Under the pieces are notes generated by a model. It was not told the origin of the DNA. It did no database searches and saw only the letters and a list, made by a program, of their open reading frames with translations. Positions 12,476-24,206 of a stretch of DNA of 64,000 nucleotides are shown here, piece by piece. How positions within the stretch are numbered: position 1 is the first letter of the stretch; each line of letters starts with the position of its first letter. Position numbers and translations under genes: made by a program. Source of the stretch: Amoebophrya sp. A120 (lineage: Eukaryota; Protista; Dinoflagellata); NCBI GenBank assembly GCA_905178155.1, contig CAJINV010000001.1:62001-126000 (forward strand). Reading direction: 5' to 3'.

Positions 12476-14165
12476 ATGCTAGAGAAAGAAACAAGAACCG
12501 AACACAAGCCGTCACAACCAAGTGGAAGCCAGTCGCCGCAGTCGTACAGCGACATGATGGCGCAGGAGCGGATTTCATTGCAAGACCTGATTAGAGAACA
12601 GAGAAGCTTCCTTGCAACCCATCTAGAAAAGCTCGAATCTCAGATGCAGTCCCTTGTTAATGATATTAGCATTAGCCGCGGCAAGGGCAACTCTGGGACT
12701 GGGCCTACCATCATCGGCAAAAATTCAATAGAGGAAAAGCAGGCCCTCCTGGGCAAGCTAGTGGAAAGAGTCGAGTATGTGTACAATCACATGCAGAGCC
12801 TGCCGCGCCGGGAGTACGTACTCGCGATACACCAAGACGCAGGCCAAGTTCCCTCGTGCGCCATCTTGGGCGGCACATTTGAGCTTGTTCACTTGCCGCC
12901 AGCGAATAAGAATCATGCCAGCACACTGCCCATGTGTGTACTTGGCGCTGACGCAGCCACGCCTTCGCAGGGGACACCACATAAACAAGCAAGGTTAATA
13001 ACGATCGCGGGCAGGGGCATCACGCAAAAAATGGAAGTGGGAGTGGGTTGTTGTCACCGCACGGCGCGCTTTTGCACAAATTATTCGTTGCCATGTTGTT
13101 GCTGCTGTACGTGCTGCAAAACATGTTGCGGAGGAGATGAGACGACCAAGGCGCGCTATAGAAAAGCGTCTGAAAATTCAAACAAAAGCACCGACGAACA
13201 GGACGCATGGCTCCTCGAGCGCATCGGTGATGACGATCCGGGCCTCTCGAAGAGCTCATGTTCGTGTCGTGCGATGTGTGGCGAATGTTGTGCTGAGATG
13301 ACCGCGTGCAATCGCTGGTTTCAGACTGAGGCGGCAGAACATAGTAAAAAAGCCTGCTGTGGTCCCCAATGCATGCTGCGAGAATATCTCTGCGCGGACT
13401 AGGGATGGAAAATGTAGAAAAGTTTCATACCTATAAAGTACTAGCTAGCACGGCCGGGCACTGTTATGAGCACGATTACGGTCATTCTTCGCATTTTGTG
13501 GCGTCCCCGCTAGCACGGTCGGACCGTGCTAGAAAAGCAGCCAGCCGCGTGCTAGTAGTGCCTATGTGGGCGAAAAAGTGAATATATATCCAAAAAAAGG
13601 GCCGCATATTTCGAAGCCGGAAAATATGCGGCCCACTTTTTGGATATATATTCACTTTTTCGCCCACATAGGCACTACTAGCACGCGGCTGGTTGCTTTT
13701 CTAGCACGGTCCGACCGTGCTAGTGGGGACGCCCAAAAATGCCAAGAATGATCGCCATGGTGCTCATAACAGTGCCCGACCGTGCTAGCTAGTACTTTAT
13801 AGGTATGAAACGTTTTGCAGTTTTCCATCCATAGCGCGGACACATGCTGGTGCTGTCCATGCGAGGCCTTAGCATGGTGCTGTTGTAATGGAGGACAAGG
13901 TTCTGGTGAACTACCGGAAAGCACCCCACGCCGAAAGGCTTGCGATGCTACCTTAAGGGCAATTTTCGGCATTGGTGCTTCCGTGTGGATCGGTGTGAAC
14001 GTTCCTACGCTTGGCATTTTACTTGGTGCGTTTGTACTACTTGGAGTCTTGTTTCCGGGTCTTTGTGTTTTGAGAAATTTCCACTGTAGTCTATGGAACT
14101 ACTTCACTGGCGGTGCTGTTCGTGAGGCGGCGACGTCAGAAGAAGCCACGTTGGTGGAACTGTGA
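12476..14165 (+). CDS. Cysteine-rich uncharacterised protein with N-terminal coiled-coil-like segment and C-terminal hydrophobic (TM-like) region; exons 12476-13399, 13842-14165
   Basis: ORFs 12476-13402 and 13815-14165 join in frame (…EYLCAD|TCWCCPCEALAWCCC…) across the palindromic insertion. Confidence 0.75.
13400..13833. mobile_element. Near-perfect 434-bp palindromic (foldback) MITE, hAT/Ac-like terminus TAGGGATGGAAAA, 8-bp TSD GCGCGGAC; occupies an intron position
   Basis: The whole element is self-complementary around ~13616. Exact 8-bp direct repeats at 13392-13399 and 13834-13841. Confidence 0.9.
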
Positions 14166-14636
14166 TAAGTTATTAGCTGCCGCACCATTTTACGAATGCC
14201 ACAAACATATCATAAGTATGAATTCATTTATTAAGTATATTTATTTCCATCCAAGTTCAATATAAATATATATCCACATTCCCATTCGCGCAGCGTCCAT
14301 TTCGAGCTAGGGACACTCACGCAGTCGCCTCCTTCTTCATTTTCAAAAAACTCTCCACAGGATGTGCTTGCGCAAATAATCTCAGTTCGCTATGCTACAG
14401 TGCTTATTTTCAAACTTCCCTTTGGGATTTTAGTCTTCAATATAAATAAATTAGAATTTTTTCCCCTGCGAGTGAAAAACAACAATATCTAAGCGATATT
14501 GTTTTTAAATAGAGACCCTGACGCTCTGGTGAGACCTAAACCAACGAATCACGACGGCAGCGTGGTTTTCTTGTGTTTAGAATGGGGGGAAAAAATAAGC
14601 ATAGCGTCGCGATTTCGATTTGTGGATTTTTTTTGG

Positions 14637-16110
14637 GGGATCCGCCCGTTCCCCGGGGATCCGCTCGTTGCCCGGGGATCCGCCCGCTCCCCGGGGATCC
14701 GCCTTCGCCCAGGGGATCCGCCCGTTACTCGGGGATCCGCCTTCGCCCAGGAGCCCGCCCGTTCCCCGGGAATCCGGCTTCGTGCAGGGGATCCGCCTCT
14801 TACTCGGGGATCCGCCCGCTTCCCGGGGATCCGGCTTCGTGCAGGGGATCCGCCCGTTACTCGGGGATCCGCCCGCTTCCCGGGGATCCGCCTTCGCCCA
14901 GGGGATCCGCCCGCCCCCCGAGGATCCGCCCGTTCCCCGGGGATCCGCCTTCGCCCGGGGGATCCGCCTGCTACTCGGGGGTCCGCCCGCTTCCCGGGGG
15001 TCCGCCCGTTGTTCCCCGGGGATCCGCCTTCGCCCAGGGGATCCACCGGCTTCCCGCGGGATCCACCTGTTCTCCGGGGGATCCACCCGCCCCCCGGGGG
15101 TCCGCCTGCTTTCCGGGGGATCCACCCGCCCCCCGGGGATCCGCCTATTCTGAGGGGGGTCCGCCTGCTTTCCGGGGGATCCGCCCGCGCCCCGGGGGGT
15201 CCGCCGGCTCTTCGGGGGATCCGCCCTCGCCCGGGGGATCCGCCCTCACCTCGGTGGATCCGCCTGGTCTTCGGGGGATCCGCCCTCGCCCCGGAGGGCC
15301 GGTCCGCCTCCCGCGGATCCGCGCGCCCTGGGTCGCACCTTTGCCCGGGGGTCAAGGAAGCCTACGAACTTTCTTTGGGTGGGTCCTCCTCAGTTCGGGG
15401 GATCCGCCCTCGCCCCGGTGAGTTCGCTCCAGCCTCCGGGGATCTCCCCTTGCCAGGGGGGATCCGATATTCGTGCTAGCCCTTCGGAGTGCGTCGGCCT
15501 TGCGGGGCTTCACTCCCTCCCCGACAGGCACCCGGGCTGCCCGGGGCGGGTGCGCCCTTGCGCCAGAGGCTCCGGCCTTGGGGGTCCCCGCCCTTGCCGC
15601 GTTGGCGGTGAGCACGGGCACCGGCAAACCGGCGCACATTTCTTGCTTCGGCTTGGTTCTTACAAGTTGCCAGCCTGTGCGGTGGTTGTGCTGGTTTTGA
15701 CAACCGGCACAGCACAGCAGCAGCTAGACAACTTGACAGCCAAAGAGTCGAGATGCGACAACCACACAGAAACAAGAGCCGTTCGCACAACCACCCGAGG
15801 CCTTGAGAACCGAGAGAATGTGCGCCGGTTTGCCGCGATGCCCTGCACTCGAGTGCGTTCCAAAATCTTCCAAAATGTGCGCCGGTTTGCCGCGGTGCCC
15901 GTGGCGCCGCATCAGAGCGGCCGGCGCGCCCCCGGGGATCCACCCGGGGGATCCGCCCGCGCCCCCGGGGATCCACCCGCTCCCCGGGGGATCCGCCCGC
16001 TCTCCGGAAGATCCGCCCGTTCTCCGGGGGGTCCGCCCGCTCCCCGGGGGGTCCGCCCTCGCTTCGGGGGGTCCGCCCCGACTCTTCCCGGGGCAATCCG
16101 CCCGGCTGAG
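14637..16110. repeat. GC-rich minisatellite (GGGGATCCGCCC-based ~20-bp units), interrupted at ~15480-15930
   Basis: Dozens of 'ggggatccgccc/ggggatccgcct' units; all overlapping ORFs are repeat translations. Confidence 0.9.
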
Positions 16111-16124
16111 GTAGTGTGTACCAC

Positions 16125-16770
16125 GGGGGAAAGGGCGCAAAAGGCGACACAAATTGGGCCAGGGGATTCCGGAGAGGATTTTGGAGTCTCCGGAGGAATC
16201 CTCTCCGGAATCCCCTCCCGAAATCGACGCTGTGCCGCCGGGGAAAGACCGCGAAGGACGGCGCGAATCCGGTCAGAGGATTCCGGAGAGGATTTTGGAA
16301 TCCTCTGCGGAATCCTCTCCCGAAATCGAGGCAGTGCCGTCGGGGGAAGGGCGCCCGCGAAAGACGGCTCAACTTGGGCCAGAGGATTCCGGAGAGGATT
16401 TTGGAATCCTCTCCGGAATCTTCTCTGGAATCCTCTCCCGAAATCGAGGCAGTGCCGTCGGGGAAAGGGGACGAAAGACGGCGCAACTTGGGCCAGAGGA
16501 TTCCGGAGAGGATTTTGGAAGCCTCTCCGGAATCCTCTGTGGAATCCCCCCCCGAAATCGAGGCAGTGCCGTCGGGGAAAGGGCGCGAAAGACAAAGACG
16601 GCTCAACTTGGGCCAGAGGATTCCGGAGAGCGTTTTGGAGTCCTCTGTGGAATCCTCTCCCGAAATCGAGGCCGCAGCATCGGGGGAAGGCCCTCCGAGG
16701 CGGACCAAATTGGGCCAGAAAATCCGCGAGGCAAATGCCGCGGGAAATGTGCGCCGGTTTGCCGGGGCCG
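16125..16770. repeat. Tandem array of ~110-125-bp units containing CCGGAGAGGATT..AATCCTCTCCGG hairpins
   Basis: About five units of 'ttgggccagaggattccggagaggattttggaatcctctccgg...cgaaatcgaggcagtgccgtcgggg'. Confidence 0.85.
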
Positions 16771-19700
16771 CCAGGTTGCTCGCAATCCGCAGCCGACTGT
16801 GGCGATTTAAGCACACGAGACGCCAACACAGACGCGGCGCGGTTGTGTACACAAACAGCAGCGGAGTCCATGCGCGCGCCGCGTTTTCGGTTGCATTGCA
16901 ACACACTTTAGCACGAGCTAGCCCGAAGGTTTCCCGGGAAACCTTAAACGACCTCGCCCGAGCGGAGTCCGTTGATTTCTAGGCTTCACAGCGTCCCTTT
17001 CTCTTTAAATATTCAAAGTCGGCTCTGATGAAATTTCGTCGAGTTGAGATCATTTACGTTTATCGCCTGCAGAAGAGCCGGCAGGGAAACGCGGCGCCCT
17101 TCTGAGGCGCCCACCGCCTCAGATTCTAGCGAAGGTGGGCGCCCACCAGACAGGGCCGCCAAAAAAACGACGGCGGGAAGAATATTGCACGACCACATTC
17201 TTCGTATGTATTCGTATTGTTTTTTTGATTTCCCGGCCGCGAAACACTTCAAAAAAGTTCTTCGTAGTTTCGTTTCGGTCTCCTGCTGAAGATGGCATGT
17301 CGGTGAGTCGTACTTCGCATTGTATTTAGAGCGGGGCAACAAATTTTGACGAGTTGTGGCCGTCCCACTTCTCACCACCCCGGAGTATTTTCGTTCTTTA
17401 CATAGATATCGCAGCAGGGCCTGTCGTTCTCGTATCGTCCATTTCCCACCGACTTGAAAAGCCAGTGATTGATGTTTGGTACTCCCGCTGTCTGGGAACT
17501 TGTTGTCTCTGTTCGGTCCATCGTCGCATCTGCTTTATCGTGGCTCTAGCTTTATTTGTTTTTGTGACGCGCCTCTATGGCTATACTTAATAAATTTAAA
17601 TTGCTGTATGTCATCGTATTTGTTTCACGCGGAAATCGAAGAAAGGCTCGTCCACAGGTGGTTCGCTGTTTCGATGTGATGAAAAATCTTTGATATGAAT
17701 TTGAATATGGAAAAAATCGAATTCGTCTTGTTCGGCCGTAGACGCGTAATTTTTTTACTTTAGCTGTTCAGCAGGCCCTTGCGCTTCACAAGGCGGCCGG
17801 GACTCATCAGATTTATGTAGTGAGGTCACCGAACGGTTGGTTCTAACCTTGCAGTTTTTTTGACGTGCCCCGCGCAAAACGACCGGCATTTTCAAGCGAC
17901 AGGAACTGTTTTTCCACATAAAAGCATCGCAGTTTCCGAATGGTTTGGCCTGTGTTGGCACCGAATCGCCGCCGCATTCTATCCGTCGCTGCTTGATAAA
18001 ACGGCGCAGAGGAGCCGGCAAAGGTGGCGCCTGTCTGCGGCGCCCACCGCTCTGGCTTCTGGCGGTTAGGGGCGCCCAAAAAGTGGCGCAAAAAACAAAA
18101 GAGCGTGAGTGCGCATGGTACAAAGACCTTCACTCTTGCTCACTTTTGGTGGAGGTCGCAAAAGCGGCTGCCTTCTCGCCGTTTTCTAAGCCCCGGAAGC
18201 TCTTGAATAGGTGTGGCAGTGAAAAGTGAAAACATAATAAAGAAAAAGCGCGCCAGGCTCGTGAGGCTAAAAATTGTCGTGATGCTCTTGCTTGGCCAGA
18301 TTTTTTCCGTTTTTCGGTACCATTCCGGGACGCCCGCATCGGCCCCATACCGCCGGGGCTGGCTACCGTGGTAGGTACAGGAGTGCTTTGAATCTGCAAA
18401 AGTCCGCGACGTTTTTGAAGTCGTGCCTGCCACCCCATGTGGCGTGATGTGATCCACGAGGGCGTGGCGGCCCCCCAAAAAGCAATATCGCGGCCGGCCA
18501 GCGGCCCAGGCGGAGTTCATCAAGCGGCCATGGCCTGCTGATTACCCCCACGACCCAGGCGGCTATATTTGCATTCGGGTAATCGCTGAGTGGCCCTCAC
18601 AATGTCAGTGGCCCACCAGAATCACAAACCCAAACAGAGGCAGTACCACATGTAACCCCCATCCTCCCTGTCACAAGTGGAAACCCCATTCTAAATATGC
18701 AAAAGCCAACACCGTGACACAGTATCTCCTGATGTGGATTGGGCTTGATTGTAATTTTTTGATATGGTAACGGTGAGCGGGGAGCTTTCCCCACAAAGGT
18801 ACCTGAGCCTGAGCATAGTTTTTTTCGTATTTTGTTCGCATCACTACCACTGACTAGCGGCATCGCAAGCGCATAGATAAATGCAAATGGTTGCGCTATT
18901 AGTTAGAATTGAGAGTAGATGACACAGTAGATGATGGCACACAGATGACGAACACAGGAAGAAAAGAACCGTTGCAAATTTGGCGGGTTACTTTCAGGGA
19001 GCTTGAGAACTTGAACTGCTCGCAGTCCTCCCGATTTTATTATTCCGACGTCCATCCATAGGTTTAGGTTCCTCTTCCTGATCTTCATCCTGCGTTCTTG
19101 CACATTCGCCACCCAGGCTGTCACGCAAAAGAAAGTCCGATCGGTGTGATCCGTTTCGTATTCGTCCAACAAGAACGTCGAGTACTTAGGAGGTGAAGCG
19201 CCTCGTTCAATTTCGCGATCGGAAAAATCTCAGACAAAGACCACAAACAAGTTAACGACTCTGGCGGCGTAGATGACGTAGATCTGACATTGATGGGACG
19301 CGCAGTCAAATTGTCGTGTGCTTCCGGCGGGGTCTCTCTGTCGCTGCAGCTGCTTTCCTTAGTCGCGACCGGCGCTCATCTGGGCATCCGAGGGGCAATC
19401 TCGAATTTCACGCGCACCGATGGTGATGAACGCCCGCCTCTAGACAAGCTGAGCGAAGTGGGGTCGCCGAGGCAGGATCCCCCCCGCATAGGCGTCGAGT
19501 CCAACCTTCTGAGCAACTGGACGAAGACCTCCGTGGGTGGCAGTCCGACAAGACCAGGTGCTGCTGGTACGGTGGAAGAAGCGGTACTTAAACTTAGTAG
19601 CGCATCTACTTACATCTACTGGGTGTAGTACATAGTTCTTTGCTTTTATTGGGTGGATGTCTTCCTCATCCTCTTCGGTGGATGCTGCCCTTTATTTCTT

Positions 19701-22700
19701 TGTATGTACCTGTATTGCGGTCACACCAGGGCGGGTCTAGCCTGGCGTTTTTCTTGCCATACACTGCCAAAAACGGAGGTCCGCAACATTAAAGCCTAGA
19801 GTGCGTTCGTGTACTTGAAATGTTATGTAGGTATTCAAGCGCCCTAGCCTAACCTGTTTGGCTCTGCTGCCAACGAATAGCGAGAGGGGTCCACCTTTCA
19901 CTGCCGCAAAGAACAACACAGGCGAGCCAGCAAAAGGAAGGCCTTTCTAAAGCGCCCTGCGCCACCGTACATTCTCCCTCCCTTCCGCACCATTTTGAGG
20001 CGCAAAAAGAGCGCCCAGAAAAGGCGCACGGAGAGTGACTGTGGCTCCTGAACATTTCGGGCGACCTCGGCGGGGGCCGCCTTTTCGCCGGAGGGGCGAC
20101 TGCGAAGGGAGGGCGGCGGCTCTTAGCAGCTTCGCAAAAGGCGTGCCCCTCAAAGAAAAGCAATATCCAAAAAGATAAAGAAAAGGGGCGAAGCAGTTCC
20201 AGTTGTGCAAACGGCCGGCGATGAACCCTCTCACTCCGCATGTTTCAGTTTCGGATAGATCCGGCTCCCTAGTATACCTGCCGCTTTTCGGGTGCCCTGG
20301 CTCCCTGGCAGCCAGATAATAGGGCCCATCTCCATGCCCTCGGGCGCGGCCCTCGGAAGTAAATTCGCAAAGTCCATATCTATGGCGAAACTAATTTTAG
20401 GCGGAGGAAGACCAAAAAAAAACTCAACCTCCAGGGGGGCGGAGAAAGTCCATATGGCGAAGTTATTTCATAGGGGCGGAGAAAAGCCAAAGACTCAACC
20501 TCCACGGACCTGCGTAGGGTTTGAGGTTTAGGGTTTGGGGTTCTGGTCGCTTTAGCGGGATGCCGGCGAAAGCCGTACGGACCGACTCCGGCGCCGCAGG
20601 CCGGCGCCGGATTCGCCCCGGGAGCGAGAAGCGAGCCAGGCTCCTGTTGGCTTCCTTTCAGCCAGGCGCGTGGGGCCCCGCGCCCTGCCGTGTTCGGAAC
20701 CCGAAAAATGGCACCGATGATAGGCCAGAGCGCCGGGGGGCTGCGTTTTGGCTGCCTGCCCTTCGTCCATATGGACGCATCCTTCCAGCCCGCCCCCGCA
20801 TCGATCCATACGCACCCTACGCCACCGCTCGGGTCTCACGAGGAAGGCTCCGCGCGGCCGGCCCGTTCTGGCTTGGGCGCCTTTTTGAAAATTCCCCCTC
20901 CGGAGCTGTTGGAAGGGGATGGGGGCGGGGTTGCGCCCGGCCTGGCCGTATGTCGTGCATGGGGTTGCCCTCGGCTATTTGTTTCTTTTCTTTGGCTAGT
21001 CTTTTGGGCGGCTCAATTTCTGCAGGAAATTGCCTTGGAACGAGTTGCCGGCGCCTTTGCTAGTGCTATAAATATTTATTTACTTTTTTCGTACTGGTGT
21101 AGCTGATGTTGTTGATCACATGCAGCCGGGGGGTACTGTTGTGTTCTACTTCGAACGCGGCCTCGCGCCATCTTGACGTGACGTTCTGAGCTCTACTGCG
21201 AACGCGCCTGCCCCTGCACATATCAGCAGCCCCGCAACCTGATCTTGAGGACTGAAATTGTGGCTGGCAGAAACGAGGCCCGCAGAGAATTTGGCTTCAG
21301 AGGGCGTTGGCTCGTGCTTGCCATCTGGTGACTTTCCTTAGTATTTTTCTGCCGGTAGAGCTGGGGTTTGGATTTCTTATTCATATTCTCTGTTGGCTGG
21401 GGTTTGGATTTCTTATTCTTGGGTCTTTCTCTTTTCCTTTTGCCATGGGCTGGCGACGCCGGGATTCCAACTACCTATCTATGTGGGAGTGAAGATGTCT
21501 TCGTTGAAGCCGGTCGCGACAGCAGTCTGGACGACCCCGCCAGCACTCCTCTTTTCGCCTTTTTTTCGCCTGCTCGATGTTGGGATTGATATTTTTAGGT
21601 TGAGACTTATATAGGTTGAGGCTACAGAACACCTACAATTACAAAAACAACAACCGGATAAAGCGCTCAGTCTTCAGCCAGTCGGTATAACTACATTGAG
21701 CAGATGAAGTATCCACACGTCGCGCCGCCACCTATTCCAGTTAGGCTTTGTTTCTTCCTTCGCTTTCCTCACTTTTGACCAAGCATTAGCAGTTAAGGTC
21801 TACTTCAAGAAACGCAAATAAAATCTCGCAATGCGCTCCAGCGACGTGTTGTTGTGTTGTGGATTTTACATGGCGTATGACTGCGAGTGCGAGAGTCTTC
21901 TAGAGCTGCGCTCGCTAGCGGCGAAGTCGCGGGCGCTGCGGTCGCTAGGGGGAACCCCCCCTCCCGTACCCCCTGCTTCTTGCCTCGTCTTCTTCGCGGC
22001 CCGAAGAACCGAGGGAAGCCCAGAGCCAGCTTCAGCTTCTTTCTCCTGGGGGGAGGGAGACCCGAAACACCACCCTTCCAACGAACTTCCCCCCCTTCCT
22101 AGCTCAAGAGGACCAACGACGCGCTCTTTGCGATTGGAATCTGCGGGAAATTTATTTTCGAGCAACCCCCACCCTTTGTCCTTGTCGTTGCCGTGTTCTC
22201 TGTCTGGGTGAGCCAAAGCCTAGTCGAGAGTGTTGCTCTGAGCAAAACGCGGGCAGGCTCGATCGCGCAGATTCTTTGTCCCGAGGAGGGAAACCCCGGC
22301 AGCTCTGCCCTATTCGACGCGAGCGGATAGCCCGCCTCAAGCTCAACGTTGCCCGTAGCTGTAGCCTCGGGTCTTTGTGTCAGTCTTGCCTCCTGGTCCT
22401 GCGGGAGGACCCCTTAACCCCTCTTGCTCGAGACCGTGCTCCCCGTGCGCGGGCAGGCAGCCAGAGTGATCCGCCGTCGCATGCTTGCAGCGCGACGCAG
22501 TCATGTTCCGTCTTGTTTGTGTTCCTGTTTCGAGCGCGCTCTTGCGATCAACATTAGTGAGCATCGTCAAGCAATAAATGTAAATGTATTGCGGTCTTCG
22601 TCTTGTTGCCTTTTTTATTATTATTATTATTATTTATAGTTATCGGTTTGCCACCGCTCGATAAATGTAAATCGGTGCTCGAAAAATCGATTTTCGATCC

Positions 22701-24206
22701 TGCTCCTGAGAAGAGAAGCCACTGCTAATCGCCATTGCTACGTCGACTTGTTATCGCCTTTGCCCGAGATGTTTTGCCTCGCCTGAGTTTCGCCTGAGCT
22801 TGTCGACATGAGGCTGGTCGGCTTCCCCGAGAGACTCCTCGTTTTTTTGTCGACTGTTTTAGGTAGTCAGGCGAGCTTTCTTGCGCATACGTACGTAGAT
22901 CTCCTGGTGCTTCGGCACTTCGAGGTTTAGGGTCGGAACGTTCTCAGCACTGCTGAAGCTTAAGAAGAAAGGGGCGCGCACGCCCTGGCCTTCAGTCTGC
23001 TCTGCCCTTTATCTTTTTGAATATCGCTTTACAAATCCTCCTTTTTTGCTCTGCCTCTTGTTCCCCGGGCCCAACTGGCACCAAGCAGTTTTTTTCCCTT
23101 GGTTTAGGCTTAGGTAGACCGCCACCGCCGCCGACACGGGATGACTGTCGTCGAGACCGTCTCGCCTTCGATCTTCGCCTTCTCCTGCTGCACAAGTTCG
23201 ATCCGGAAAGGGTTTAGGTTAGGTTACAGGGTTTAGGATATCCACATTTATAGTATTAATTTTCTGTAAGTGAATTCCTCGCGAGCGTCGGCCGATATTT
23301 CGAAGCGGGCGTTCGAGTGGGGGCCCCGTAGCCCTGTCTCCCCGCGCCTCCCTCGCTCCACTAGGGTCGCGTCGTCAACAGTTTTTGTCATCGTCAGTTC
23401 TTGGACTTGAATTTTTCGAGCCGGCGGGAGTCTTTATGGTCCACGCAGAGCCTTTCGCCGTTGCGAATCGAGCGGGGGCCCCATGATGCCCCCTCCCGGG
23501 ATGCTTTCCGCTTCCCGCCGCGCTCGTATCGAAAGACGGTCGGTTCTTCGCGGTCAAGAAATCTAGAAATGCATTCGGAAGCCCACCCTGGGGGCCCCCC
23601 CGCCGCACACCGGTTTCCTTCATTGCGATTATGCGATCTGTGATGTGAGTCACGTCTCGAAGCTAATAAATGTATGCCCGGGGGGCAGCAGCAGGCTAGC
23701 GAGCCTCTGAGCCTAGGCTGAGGATGGTCGGGCGGTATTTTATGCCCGTTTCCGCCCTCAGCCCTTTTGTTTACGGTAGCCAGGAGGACTTGAGAAGATT
23801 AGTCAGGACAACCCACCGAGCTTCGGGGTGGTATTTGTTTCGCCTTCTCTTGTTCCCAGTTTGTTTTCAGGTGGGTACGTAGTTGCCACGGATGGGCCGC
23901 TAAGACCTCGCGCCGCCCTTTTCTTACGGGGTGTGACAGAGGTCCATATCTTCCATCGCGGGTCAGGTGCTCCATCTTCCTGGGCGCCTCGACGACGCGG
24001 CGGGAGACTGCTCCCACCGAGCGGCCATCCATTGGGTGGCCCGTCTGCGGTAACTGCATAAAATAAAAACTCGAGCGCAAGTCTTGAGCGTAAAGCCCGA
24101 GCCAAAATGTCGAGCTCAAATATCGAGCTCAAAGCCCAAGAGCAAGTTTCGAGCTCAAAATCTCGGGCTCAAGTTTCGAACTCATTCTCACAAGATATAA
24201 CTACCA

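Noticed and set aside
16125-16770. CRISPR-like array of palindromic repeats
   Set aside because: The 'spacers' are themselves repeated, there are no cas genes, and the context is eukaryotic.
14499-16982. Many long overlapping ORFs (up to 510 aa) on both strands
   Set aside because: They are translations of stop-poor GC-rich tandem repeats, open in most frames.
17000-23900. Assorted short ORFs in the gene-poor region
   Set aside because: No motifs, coding-like bias or splice-consistent structure that I can support.
24065-24185. CGAGCTCAAA-type short repeats including GGCTCAAG, resembling relict dinoflagellate spliced-leader ends
   Set aside because: Only ~8 nt match the leader's 3' end; better explained as a degenerate ~13-bp tandem repeat.
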